This document shows positions 9,661 to 19,820 of a DNA stretch of 64,000 nucleotides, one piece after another. How positions within the stretch are numbered: position 1 is the first letter of the stretch; each line of letters opens with the position of its first letter. The DNA lies in the NCBI GenBank assembly GCA_041495865.1, contig JBGQDL010000001.1, positions 4,330 to 68,329 of the forward strand, read 5' to 3'. This stretch comes from Thermoanaerobaculia bacterium (lineage in GTDB: Bacteria > Acidobacteriota > Thermoanaerobaculia > UBA5066). Under the pieces are notes generated by a model. The model did not search any database and was not told where the DNA came from. It saw nothing but the letters and a program-made list of their open reading frames with translations. A program made the translations under genes and the position numbers.

Positions 9661-10716
9661 GTGAAGTCGAGCCGGGGTGTCTGTTTTTTTCTTTTCTTGA
9701 TCCCGCTGATCGCGGCTCCCTCTCTCGGGGCCGAGGCTTCGACGCGCAACGAGGAAGTCGAAACCTGCCTGAGCTGCCATGGCGAGAAGGACGCGTCCGT
9801 GGCGCTTCCGAGCGGCGAAAAGCAGGCGCTCTACGTGCCGCAAGACGTCTTCGAGAAGTCCGTTCACGGCGCGCGGCAGGGCTGCACGGGCTGCCATCCC
9901 GCGCAGTCCGAGGTTCCGCATCCCGAGCTCAAGGCAAAGGACAAGGCCGCCTTCTCCGCGCTCTTCAAGGACCTCTGCAAGACCTGCCACTTCGAGAACT
10001 ACACGAAGGCGCTCGACGGCGTGCACTACCAGATCCTCGCGAAGGGAGGCAGCGCGCCCTTCTGCGTGGACTGTCACGGCGCGCACGACATCGCGAGCCC
10101 CAGGGCTCCGCGCACGAAGGTCTCCGAGACGTGCGGTTCCTGCCACGGCGACATGGCCGAGACTTACGCGAAGAGCGTCCACGGCCTGGCGCTCGCCGCG
10201 GGCAACCCCGACGTGCCCGTATGCACGGACTGCCATCACGCGCACGACATCGCGGACCCGCGCACGAAGGACTGGCGCCTCACCACGATCGACCTCTGCG
10301 CGAAGTGCCACACGAACAAGCCGATGATGGCCAAGTACGGCCTCTCGACGAACGTCTTCGCGTCGTACCTCTCCGACTTCCACGGCATGAGCGCGAGGCT
10401 CGCCACCTCCGGTGAGAAGCCGAAGGTCGTCACGGCGCTCTGCATCGACTGCCACGGCACGCACGACATCACGAAGGCGAAGGAAGGCGACTCGCAGGTG
10501 CTGAAGGCGAACCTCCAGAAGACCTGCGCAAAGTGCCATGCGGGCGCCTCGAAGAACTTCCCCTCCGCCTGGCTCTCGCACTACGAGCCGAGCCTGAAGC
10601 GGGCGCCCCTCGTGTGGGCCGTCGGCGTCTTCTACAAGATCTTCATCCCCTTCATCATCGGAGGGCTCTGCCTGCAGATCCTCCTCCACCTCTGGCGCGT
10701 GCTGGTGAACCGATGA
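9661..10716 (+). CDS. Membrane-anchored multiheme (9x CXXCH) cytochrome c
   Basis: Nine CXXCH motifs (CLSCH, CTGCH, CKTCH, CVDCH, CGSCH, CTDCH, CAKCH, CIDCH, CAKCH) with a recurring CxDCHxxHDI unit. N-terminal signal peptide if GTG 9661 (GGAGG RBS) is the start, alternative upstream start 9607. C-terminal TM helix. Stop overlaps the next start (ATGA). Confidence 0.85.
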   Translation: MKSSRGVCFFLFLIPLIAAPSLGAEASTRNEEVETCLSCHGEKDASVALPSGEKQALYVPQDVFEKSVHGARQGCTGCHPAQSEVPHPELKAKDKAAFSALFKDLCKTCHFENYTKALDGVHYQILAKGGSAPFCVDCHGAHDIASPRAPRTKVSETCGSCHGDMAETYAKSVHGLALAAGNPDVPVCTDCHHAHDIADPRTKDWRLTTIDLCAKCHTNKPMMAKYGLSTNVFASYLSDFHGMSARLATSGEKPKVVTALCIDCHGTHDITKAKEGDSQVLKANLQKTCAKCHAGASKNFPSAWLSHYEPSLKRAPLVWAVGVFYKIFIPFIIGGLCLQILLHLWRVLVNR

Positions 10717-11432
10717 CCGAATACGCCGTCCGCTTCTCGAAGAGGCAGCGCTTCGAGCACGTGATCGTCATGACGACGTTCGTCCTCCTCGCGGTGACGG
10801 GCTTCCCGCAGAAGTTCTTCGAGACGGGGTGGGCCCGCGGGATCGTGCGCGTTCTCGGAGGCCTCGACCACGTGCGCATCATTCACCGCGCCTCGGGCAT
10901 CGTGTTCTCGCTGTTCACGATGTGGCATCTCGGCGTGGCCGTGATCCTCGCGGCCGAACGGAAGATGAAGCTCACGCTCCTGCCGAACCGCCAGGACTTC
11001 AAGGATGCCGTCCAGCAGCTCCGCTACGACCTCGGCCTCGTGGAGTCGCAGCCCGCGTTCGACCGGTTCGACTACCGGCAGAAGTTCGAGTACTGGGGGC
11101 TCGTCCTGGGCGGCCTCGTCATGATCTCGACGGGCCTCGTCCTGTACTTTCCCATGCTCGTGACGAAATTCCTGCCCGGCGAGCTCATCCCCGTCTCGAA
11201 GGTGGCGCACAGCAACGAGGGCCTCATGGCCTTCCTCGTCGTCATCACGTGGCACATCTACAACGCCCACCTCGCGCCGGGCATCTTCCCGTACGACTCG
11301 AGCATTTTCACCGGCAAGATCAGCAAGGAACGGCTCAGGCACGAGCACCCGCTCGAGTACGCGCGGCTCTACGGCGAGCCGGTCCACGGCGAGCCCGCGC
11401 ATCCCGTTCCGGAAACACCGCCGAAGCCGTGA
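10713..11432 (+). CDS. b-type cytochrome membrane subunit (prokaryotic cytochrome b561 / hydrogenase-formate dehydrogenase cytochrome b family)
   Basis: 4 predicted TM helices with conserved His ([48 protein letters not shown]); translationally coupled to the multiheme cytochrome. Confidence 0.75.
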   Translation: MTEYAVRFSKRQRFEHVIVMTTFVLLAVTGFPQKFFETGWARGIVRVLGGLDHVRIIHRASGIVFSLFTMWHLGVAVILAAERKMKLTLLPNRQDFKDAVQQLRYDLGLVESQPAFDRFDYRQKFEYWGLVLGGLVMISTGLVLYFPMLVTKFLPGELIPVSKVAHSNEGLMAFLVVITWHIYNAHLAPGIFPYDSSIFTGKISKERLRHEHPLEYARLYGEPVHGEPAHPVPETPPKP

Positions 11433-13246
11433 ACCCCGAGACGCGTCCGCGCCTAGGGGTTCGGAATGCCCTGCAGGCGCGGGCGCTCCTGCTCGTCGCT
11501 CTCGGGCTTTTCGCACCTCTCGTCATCCTCGGCATCCTGAGCGCGAGCGCCCTCGACGATCTCTCCGCCCGCGTCGTCCACGATCAGCAGCTTCTCGCCC
11601 GCACCACCGTCGACCACGTCGAGGAGATCCTCCGCGACGACCTCGAAGGTCTCTACGGCGGCGGCGTCGAGCCCGACAGTCCCGCCCGCCGCGCCGCGCT
11701 CCTCGCCACCTATCGCCGCTCGCGCCTTTTTTCCAGCGTGTATCTCCTGAGCCCGCGCGGCGAGATCCTGTGGGAAGAGCCGGCGGGCGGGCATCGTGAC
11801 GACCGCCTCATCGCGATGCCGGCCGCGCAGGAGGCGATCGCGACCGGCCGGCGGGCCGCCTCGGCGCTGACGACGCTCGCGGGCGGCGCGCGCCGCCTTC
11901 TCCTCTTCGTCCCGCTCGTGGATCTCGACGGGAAGACCACGGGCATCGCGGGCGCGAGTCTCGATCCCTCGCGGCCGGCCTTCGCGAGCCTCCTGCCGGC
12001 GGTGCCGGTCGGCGAGGCGCACGCCCTCGATCTCGTCGACGCCGCGGGCGAGATCGTCGCCACGACGGACACGGGGCCCGCGCGGGCCGACCCCGTCGAC
12101 GCCGCCTTCCTCAGGCCGCTCCTCCTCGAGCGCCGGCCGTTCGCGGGCCGCGCCGGGAGCGACGTGGTCGCGTTCGCGCCGCTAAAGCTCTTTCCCTGGG
12201 GAGTCGTCGTGCGCGAACGGGCGGTCCACGCGTTCGCGCCCGCCTTCGCGTTCCGGCGGCGGATGCTCGCCCTGACGCCCGTCTTCCTCGCGCTCGCCGC
12301 GTTCTTCACGTGGGGTGCGGCGCGCAGCGTGCTGCGGCCCCTCCTCGTCCTCACGCGCGCCGCCGAACGCATCACGGGAGGCGACCTCGCGCGGCCCATT
12401 CCGCCGCTCCGTGACGACGAGGTCGGCCGGCTCGGTCGCTCGCTCGAGACGATGCGCGTGCGCCTCGGCGCGTCGCTCGACGAGATCCGAAGCGCGAACG
12501 AGCAGCTCGAGGCGCGCGTCGCCGCGCGCACGCAGGAGCTTCAACGTCTCTATGCCGAGCTGCGCGACCGCGACGAGAGGCGCGCCGAGCTGCTCAAGCG
12601 AATCCTGAGCGCGCAGGAGCGCGAGCGCATGCGCATCGCGCGCGAGCTCCACGACGAGACGTGCCAGACCATCGCGGCTCTGTCGTTTCGTCTCGAGAGC
12701 GCGCTCTCCGAGCTGCCCGAGAGCGGGACGCGCGCGCGCCTCGAAGAGGTGAAGGGCCTCGCGTGACGCGCCCTCGACGATCTGCACCGCGTCATCTTCG
12801 ACCTGCGTCCGTCGATCCTCGACGACCTCGGCCTTCTCGCGGCCGTGCGGTGGTACGCCGCGCGCCACATCGAGCCGTTCGGCATCGCCGTGAAGTGCGA
12901 GTTCGAGGACGTGGAGAACCGTGTCCCGCACGACGAGGCGACCGCCGTCTTTCGCATCGTGCAGGAAGCGCTCCTCAACGTGGCCCGCCACGCGGGGGCC
13001 GAGCACGTGCTCCTGCAGATCGCGGCCGACGAGAAGCGCCTCCTCATCGAGGTCGAGGACGACGGGCGGGGCTTCGACCCGAAAAGCGTGGAGCTGCCGT
13101 CCGAGACGGGGCGCGGTCTCGGCCTCCTCGGCATGCGCGAGCGCGTGGAGATCCTCGGGGGGAAGATGCACCTCGACGCCGCGCCCGGCGAAGGCGCGCA
13201 CCTCACGTTCGAAATCCCGATTCCGGAGGAGGCCGCTCATGGCTAG
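11429..13246 (+). pseudogene. NarX/LiaS-like sensor histidine kinase (2 TM, periplasmic sensor domain, HAMP, HisKA_3, HATPase_c) interrupted by an in-frame TGA at 12764-12766
   Basis: Frame from GTG 11429 (GTGA overlap with the cytochrome b stop) gives TM helix, periplasmic domain, TM2, HAMP ([26 protein letters not shown]) and H-box [18 protein letters not shown] at 12764 is followed in the same frame by RALDDLHRVIFDLRPSILDDLGL (canonical HisKA_3 continuation) and HATPase_c (GRGLGLLGMRERVEILGG). Either a nonsense mutation or a sequencing error. Confidence 0.6.
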
Positions 13247-13892
13247 GACGCGCATCGTCATCGCCGACGACCACGCCCTCATGCGCGAAGGCGTGCGGGC
13301 TCTCCTCCAGAAGGCCGAGGACATCGAGGTCGTCGGCGAGGCCGAGGACGGCCGCCAGGCCATCGACCGCTGCAAGGAGCTGGAGCCCGACGTCATCCTC
13401 CTCGACATCGCGATGCCGAATCTCGGCGGCCTCGAAGCCGCGCTCGAGATCCGCAAGGTCTGCCCACGCACGAAGATCATCGTGCTCACGCAATACGAGG
13501 ACCGCGAGTACGTCTCGCGCTTCCTCAAGATCGGCGTCTCCGGGTACATCCTGAAGAAGGCGGCGGGAGCGGAGCTGGCCTCCGCCATCCGCGGCGTCGT
13601 CCGCGGCGGCCTCGTGCTCGCTCCCGAGGTCGCGCGCGTCGCCCTCGAGGAGCGCGAAGCCGCGGCCGACGGCGCCGAGTCCGTCGATTCCTACGAGACG
13701 CTCACCGACCGCGAGAAGCAGGTCCTGAAGCTCGTCGCCGAGGGACACAGCAACAAGGAGATCGCCGAGCTGCTCGCGATCGGCGTGAAGACGGCGATGT
13801 CCCACCGGGAGCACGTCATGGGCAAGCTCGGCGTCCACGGGCGCACCGAGCTCATCCGATTTGCTCTCCGCCGCGGGATCATCCAGGCATGA
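13241..13892 (+). CDS. NarL/FixJ-family response regulator (REC plus LuxR-type HTH)
   Basis: RIVIADDHALMREG...DVILLDIAMPNLGG receiver domain; C-terminal LTDREKQVLKLVAEGHSNKEIAELLAIGVKT HTH; overlaps the kinase stop. Confidence 0.9.
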
Positions 13893-13919
13893 AAAAAGGG
13901 AGGCGCGCCGCGCCTCCCT
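13893..13919 (-). terminator. Rho-independent terminator for the minus-strand small-protein gene (convergent with the response regulator)
   Basis: GGGAGGCGCG-C-CGCGCCTCCC perfect 10-bp inverted repeat; on the minus strand it is followed by UUUUUU (plus-strand aaaaaa at 13893-13898). Confidence 0.55.
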
Positions 13920-13947
13920 GTCCGTCCTCGAGGATTCGGTCCGGACG

Positions 13948-14238
13948 TCAGCGTGTCTCGGGAGCCGGCTCCGGCCTCGCGGCCGTGAAGGGCTTGAGGG
14001 CCTTGTTCGCCACCGCGTGGAGGAAGAGCGCGATGCCGACGAAGGGGAGGAACATGACGAGGGTCGCGCCGAAGACGGGCGCCCCGAGGAGCATCAGGAG
14101 CACCGGCAGCTTCAGGTAACGGTCGGCGGCCGCGCCGGGCAGGACGCCGGACTTCCCGCTCACCGTCACGAGATCCCAGCTCTTCTGGTTGAAGTAGAAA
14201 CCGCCCTTGACCTTGCTGCCGCCTTCGAACCTTTTCAT
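13948..14238 (-). CDS. Small single-TM membrane protein, paralogue 1 (family not recognised)
   Basis: Strong RBS AAAAGGAGAACGTC then ATG at 14238; MKRFEGGSKVKGGFYFNQKSWDLVTVSGKSGVLPG... then TM LLMLLGAPVFGATLVMFLPFVGIALFL. The track ORF extends 13 codons further upstream without RBS support. Confidence 0.6.
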   Translation of the reverse strand: MKRFEGGSKVKGGFYFNQKSWDLVTVSGKSGVLPGAAADRYLKLPVLLMLLGAPVFGATLVMFLPFVGIALFLHAVANKALKPFTAARPEPAPETR

Positions 14239-14284
14239 GACGTTCTCCTTTTCATTCTCTTTCGTTGGATGCCGCAAGGGGCGC

Positions 14285-14587
14285 TCAGCGCGTCTCGCGC
14301 ACCGGCTCGGCAGGCTTGCGGGCCTTGCCGAGATTCGCCAGCTTGCGGAGGCCGGCCGCGGCGAAGAGCGCGATGCCGACGAACGGCATGATGACGACGA
14401 ACGACGCGCCGAGCAGGGGAGCGGCCACCACCATCGCGAGCGTCGGGACCTTCAGATAGAGGTCGTTCGCTTCGCCGGGGAGGACGCCCTTCTTCCCGTT
14501 CACGGTCACGAGGCCGAACGTCTTCCGGTTCACGTAAAACCCTCCGGCGACCTTGTTTCCGCCCCTGGTCTCGCTTTTCATGATGTC
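14285..14587 (-). CDS. Small single-TM membrane protein, paralogue 2 (tandem duplicate of 13948-14238)
   Basis: RBS AAGGAGGACATC then ATG at 14587; MKSETRGGNKVAGGFYVNRKTFGLVTVNGKKGVLPG... then TM; high identity to paralogue 1 across the whole length. The upstream part of the track ORF (to 15265) is spurious. Confidence 0.6.
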   Translation of the reverse strand, partial: DIMKSETRGGNKVAGGFYVNRKTFGLVTVNGKKGVLPGEANDLYLKVPTLAMVVAAPLLGASFVVIMPFVGIALFAAAGLRKLANLGKARKPAEPVRETR

Positions 14588-14739
14588 CTCCTTGCTGCTG
14601 ACACCCACAATGTGCGGCCAAGGCGGGCTTTCCTCAATAGGGACGGCACCCGGGTCGCGCGGGATAAAGTACCGAGACGCCCGGGGCGGATGCCGGAGGA
14701 GGGCCGGAAAGAGTACGGAGGCCGGAAAACCCGGAGTTT

Positions 14740-15378
14740 TCAGATCAGGCCGACGGCGCGCGAGGCGAGAACCGCGACCACGAGAAGTGAGATCAGCGAC
14801 TGGAGCATCGTCAGGACCTTCGCCCAGCGCGACAGGACGGGCGTGTCCGTCGGCGAAAAGGCCGTGCTGTTGTTGAAGGCGATGAAGAGGTAGTCCACGA
14901 AGCGGGGCGTCCAGTCCGCGGGTCCGGGCGAACCGTCCATCATCTGGGGGAAGAAGAAATCTCCTTCGGTGTGCGCGCCGCGCTCGTCCCGCTCGTGCGG
15001 CCCGCCCGCGTCCAGCCTCCAGTACCAGAGCGCGAACACGAGCACGTTCGCGATCCACAGGCACGTCGCGGACTTCGCGAGCTCGGCGGGCGTCTCGCTC
15101 TTCTTCGGCAGGCCGGCGATGAGGAGCACGAGGGATCCGACGAGCGCGATCGTCACGACTCCGCTCACGACATAGCCGAGCTTGCGGCTGAGCGACGTCC
15201 TCCCCGCGCGATGGGCGATCACCGTCGGCACGACCAGCACGGCCACGACGGCGAGGAGAACCCACCGGGGGCCGACGGTGAGCGTCGGCGGAAGCGCGAG
15301 GTTGAGCGCGCCTAGCGCGAGCAGCGTGAGGAGGATGGGCCAGCGGGGCTCGGCCTGCGGGTTCTTCGAAGACGCCAT
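14740..15378 (-). CDS. Hypothetical polytopic membrane protein (possibly DUF1345-like)
   Basis: 212 aa, 4-5 predicted TM helices, FIAFNNSTAFSPTDTPVLSRWAKVLTMLQSLISLLVVAVL; family assignment uncertain. Confidence 0.45.
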   Translation of the reverse strand: MASSKNPQAEPRWPILLTLLALGALNLALPPTLTVGPRWVLLAVVAVLVVPTVIAHRAGRTSLSRKLGYVVSGVVTIALVGSLVLLIAGLPKKSETPAELAKSATCLWIANVLVFALWYWRLDAGGPHERDERGAHTEGDFFFPQMMDGSPGPADWTPRFVDYLFIAFNNSTAFSPTDTPVLSRWAKVLTMLQSLISLLVVAVLASRAVGLI

Positions 15379-15433
15379 CGGCGCCAGTCTAACGGGCGGC
15401 GGCCGCGCGGAGGTCGGCGTCGCCCGAGGTCAT

Positions 15434-17806
15434 CTACTCGGCCACCCCCGCGTCTTTCAGGATCCGCCACACCTTCTCGGGCGTGATCGGAATGTCGATG
15501 TGGCGGACGCCCAGGTGCGCGAGGGCATCCACCACCGCGTTGACGATCGCGGGCGGCGCTCCGACGGTGGCCGACTCGCCGACGCCCTTGGCCCCGAGCG
15601 GATGGTGCGGGGAGGGAGTCACCGTGAACCCGCTCTCCCATTTCGGCGTCTCGACGGCGGTGGGGACGAGGTAGTCCATGAAGCTTCCGCCCTGGATGTT
15701 GCCGCTCTCGTCGTAGCTGATCTCTTCGAGGAGCGCCGGCGCCATCCCCATGGTCAGACCGCCGTGGATCTGCCCCTCCACGATCATCGGATTGATGATG
15801 TTGCCGCAGTCGTCGATGGACACGAAGCGCCGGATCCTGACCTCGCCGGTCCCGCGGTCGATGTCCACGACGCAGATGTAGCTCCCGAACGGAAACGTCA
15901 GGTTCGGGGGATCGTAGTAAGCGGTGCCTTCCAGCCCCGCCTCCATTCCTTGAGGATGGTTCGTGTATGCCGCGAACGCGATCTCCTGGATGGTCTTGGC
16001 CTTCTGCGGCGCCCCCTTCACGGAGAATTTCCCCGGCTCCCAGACGAGGTCGTCCTCGTTGACCTCCAAAAGGTGTGCCGCGATTTTTCTGGCCTTGTCT
16101 CTGATCTTGCGGGCCGCCATCGCCCCGGCCGCGCCGGCCACCGGCGTCGAGCGGCTGGCGTATGTCCCGAGGCCGTACGGAGCCGTGTCCGTGTCGCCTT
16201 CCTCGACCTGGACGTGTGCGGCGGGAATGCCCAGCTCTTCCGCGACGATCTGCGCATACGTCGTCTCGTGTCCCTGCCCCTGCGACTTGGTCCCGAAGCG
16301 CGCGATCGCCTTTCCCGTGGGATGGACGCGGATCTCGCACGAGTCGAACATCTTGATGCCCAGAATGTCGAAGTCCTTCGAGGGGCCCGCCCCCACGATC
16401 TCGGTGAAGCTCGAGATCCCGATCCCCATCAGCTCGCCGCGCTTGCGCTTCTCCGCCTGTTCCCGCCGGAGGTCGGCGTAGCCGATCGTGTCCATGGCTT
16501 TCTTGAGAGCCCCGGCATAGTTGCCGCTGTCGTACTCCCAGCCGAGAATCGACTTGTAGGGGAATTTCTCCGGCGGGATGAAGTTCTTGAGGCGCAGCTC
16601 GGCTGGGTCCATCTTCAGCTCCTGCGCAAGGACGTCGGTCATCCTCTCGATGGCGTGGACGGCCTCGGTGACGCGGAACGAGCAGCGGTAGGCAATTCCC
16701 CCCGGCGGCTTGTTCGTATAGACGCCGTCCACCTCGGCAAAGGCGTGCGGAAGGTCGTACGAGCCGGTGCAGATGGAGAACATCCCCGCCGGGAACTTGG
16801 AAGGGTTCGCCGCGGCGTCGGTGTAGCCGTGGTCGGCCACCGTCTTGATGCGGAGGGCCTTCATCGTCCCGTCCTTGTCCGCCGCAAGCTCCGCGTCGAT
16901 GTGGTAGTCGCGGGCGAAGGAATCGGCCTGGAGGTTTTCCATGCGGTTCTCGATCCACTTGACGGGTTTTCCCAGGACGACCGAGGCCGCGACGGCGATG
17001 ACGTAGCCCGGGTACACGGGGACCTTGCCTCCGAACCCGCCGCCGATGTCCGGCGAGATGATGCGGATCTTCTCTTCCGAGAGCCCGACGTGGCCCGCGA
17101 CAAGGGCGAAGACGGTCCGGATCGCGTGAGGCGCCTGCGTCGTCATCCAGACCGTGAGCTTGCCCTGGGCCTTGTCGAAGGAGGCGACGCAGCCGCAGGT
17201 CTCGATGGAGGCCACGTGGATCCGGGGGATGTACATGCGCTGCCGGACCGAAACGCCGGCATCCTTGATAGCCCTGTCGGTCGCCGCCCGGTCGCCCGCC
17301 TCCCAATGGAAGATGTGGTTGTCCTTCTTGCCCGGCTTGTCGGTCCTGAGCACCAGCGCGCCAGGCTCCAGCGCCTTGAAGGGATCCACGAGGACTTCGA
17401 GCGGTTCGTAGTCGACGTCGACGGCCGCGACACCGTCCGCTGCGGCATAGCGGTCGGTGGCGATGACAGCCGCCACCTCCTGAGCCTGGTACATGACCTT
17501 CTCGACGGGAAGCACCATTTGCGTATCCGACATCAACGTCGGCATCCAGTGCAGCTTGTACTGCGCCAGCGTCTCCCCCGTGATGACGGCGAGGACGCCG
17601 GGCACCTTCAGGGCGCGCGCGGTGTCGATCTTCTTCAGCTTCGCGTGGGCAAAGGGGCTGCGGACGATGGCCATGTGGACCATGCCCGGCAGCGTGACGT
17701 CGTCGACGTAGTTGCCCTGGCCGCGGATGAAGCGCGGGTCCTCCTTGCGCTTCATCGAATGGCCCATGCCGCAGATTTCGGGGCTGGTGCGGGGTGTTGC
17801 GGACAT
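15434..17806 (-). CDS. coxL: Aerobic carbon monoxide dehydrogenase large (molybdopterin) subunit CoxL, form I
   Basis: 790 aa xanthine-dehydrogenase-family Mo subunit with the form I active-site loop GIAYRCSFR (AYRCSFR), GGGFGGK and C-terminal GQIHGG motifs; follows coxM-coxS. Confidence 0.9.
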   Translation of the reverse strand: MSATPRTSPEICGMGHSMKRKEDPRFIRGQGNYVDDVTLPGMVHMAIVRSPFAHAKLKKIDTARALKVPGVLAVITGETLAQYKLHWMPTLMSDTQMVLPVEKVMYQAQEVAAVIATDRYAAADGVAAVDVDYEPLEVLVDPFKALEPGALVLRTDKPGKKDNHIFHWEAGDRAATDRAIKDAGVSVRQRMYIPRIHVASIETCGCVASFDKAQGKLTVWMTTQAPHAIRTVFALVAGHVGLSEEKIRIISPDIGGGFGGKVPVYPGYVIAVAASVVLGKPVKWIENRMENLQADSFARDYHIDAELAADKDGTMKALRIKTVADHGYTDAAANPSKFPAGMFSICTGSYDLPHAFAEVDGVYTNKPPGGIAYRCSFRVTEAVHAIERMTDVLAQELKMDPAELRLKNFIPPEKFPYKSILGWEYDSGNYAGALKKAMDTIGYADLRREQAEKRKRGELMGIGISSFTEIVGAGPSKDFDILGIKMFDSCEIRVHPTGKAIARFGTKSQGQGHETTYAQIVAEELGIPAAHVQVEEGDTDTAPYGLGTYASRSTPVAGAAGAMAARKIRDKARKIAAHLLEVNEDDLVWEPGKFSVKGAPQKAKTIQEIAFAAYTNHPQGMEAGLEGTAYYDPPNLTFPFGSYICVVDIDRGTGEVRIRRFVSIDDCGNIINPMIVEGQIHGGLTMGMAPALLEEISYDESGNIQGGSFMDYLVPTAVETPKWESGFTVTPSPHHPLGAKGVGESATVGAPPAIVNAVVDALAHLGVRHIDIPITPEKVWRILKDAGVAE

Positions 17807-17815
17807 GTCGCCTCC

Positions 17816-18286
17816 TTACTGCAGCTTGCCGGCCGCGTGCTGCACGGCCTTGACGATGTTCACGTAGCCGGTGCACCGGCAGAGGTTGCCGGAGATTGCC
17901 CGGCGGATCTCGTCTTCCTCCGGGTTCTTGTTGCCCGCGAGGAACGCGTGGGCCGTCATCATCATCCCGGGGGTGCAGAAGCCGCACTGCAGCCCGTGCT
18001 CCTGCATGAACCCGTCCTGGATGGGATCGAGGTTTCCGTCCTTCTCGAGCCCCTCGACGGTCATCACCGAGCGCCCGTCCGCCTGCACGGCCAGGACCGT
18101 GCAGGACTTCACCGGGACGCCGTCGAGGAGAACCGTGCAGGCCCCGCAATGCGTCGTGTCGCAGCCGATGTGGGTGCCCGTGAGGCGGAACTCCTCGCGC
18201 AGGAGGTGGACGAGGAGGAGACGCGATTCCACCTCCGCCCCTCGCGCGGCGCCGTTGACCGTGACCTGGATCGCGTGCTTCGCCAT
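17816..18286 (-). CDS. coxS: CO dehydrogenase small [2Fe-2S] subunit CoxS
   Basis: 156 aa; [11 protein letters not shown] and CGFCTPG...GNLCRCTGY, the two Fe-S cluster binding motifs. Confidence 0.9.
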   Translation of the reverse strand: MAKHAIQVTVNGAARGAEVESRLLLVHLLREEFRLTGTHIGCDTTHCGACTVLLDGVPVKSCTVLAVQADGRSVMTVEGLEKDGNLDPIQDGFMQEHGLQCGFCTPGMMMTAHAFLAGNKNPEEDEIRRAISGNLCRCTGYVNIVKAVQHAAGKLQ

Positions 18287-18288
18287 GG

Positions 18289-19158
<870 letters not shown>

Positions 19159-19186
19159 CTCTCGCTCTCCTTTCCGCGTTGCGACA

Positions 19187-19819
19187 CTATCTCAACAAAA
19201 GCAAGTAGATCACCAGAATCACGACAGCCACGAGAACCCAGAGGACCGGCCGGCGAAGGGCGCGCGCGGCGGCCCGGTCGGCGATCCGGCTTCCGAAGGA
19301 GACCACCTCGATCGGGGGAGCCGGGGCCGGCGCCGCCGGCGGCGGCCCGGTCCCGGCCGCAGCCGGCTTCTCCAGCTCGGCTCGCATGGCCTCCGTGAAC
19401 TTCTCGAGCATCTGGTTCGACACGTCCTGCATCAGCCCGCGGCCGAACTGCGCGAGGATTCCCGTGACGCTCAGCTCCGAGACCACGCTCACCTCGGTTT
19501 CGCCGGGGGCCCGCTCCGCGACGCGGCTGGTCATCCGCATGTCGGCTCCGCCGCGCCCGCTCACGTCGAAGCCCCTGGCGCTGATCTCCGCGATCCGGGC
19601 GGCCGCGTCCAGCTTCTCGAAGCGCACCGTGCCGCGGTAACGCGCGGAGACCGGTCCGACCTTCACCGTAATCGTGCCGTTGTAAGTCGCCTCGTCCACC
19701 TTTCCTGTGATCGCGGCGCCGGGCAGGGCGGGCGCGATGCGGATGGGGTCGGTGAGGTATGCCCAGACCTTGTCCGGCGTGGCCTTGACGACGAACGAAT
19801 GCTCGAAACGCAGGCTCAT
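19187..19819 (-). CDS. coxG: CoxG (SRPBCC-fold CO dehydrogenase accessory protein) with C-terminal membrane anchor
   Basis: N-terminal SRPBCC domain (FVVKATPDKVWAYLTDP...), Pro/Ala linker and terminal TM helix, the typical CoxG architecture; cox cluster position. Confidence 0.8.
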   Translation of the reverse strand: MSLRFEHSFVVKATPDKVWAYLTDPIRIAPALPGAAITGKVDEATYNGTITVKVGPVSARYRGTVRFEKLDAAARIAEISARGFDVSGRGGADMRMTSRVAERAPGETEVSVVSELSVTGILAQFGRGLMQDVSNQMLEKFTEAMRAELEKPAAAGTGPPPAAPAPAPPIEVVSFGSRIADRAAARALRRPVLWVLVAVVILVIYLLLLR

Positions 19820-19820
19820 C

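Noticed and set aside
10829-12766. Track ORF giving the sensor kinase a 200-codon N-terminal extension
   Set aside because: Extension overlaps cytochrome b out of frame and is Arg/Pro-rich junk; kinase start placed at GTG 11429, just before the first TM helix.
12764-12766. In-frame TGA of the sensor kinase as selenocysteine
   Set aside because: Position lies in the linker after the H-box helix where homologues have no conserved Cys; treated as nonsense mutation or sequencing error.
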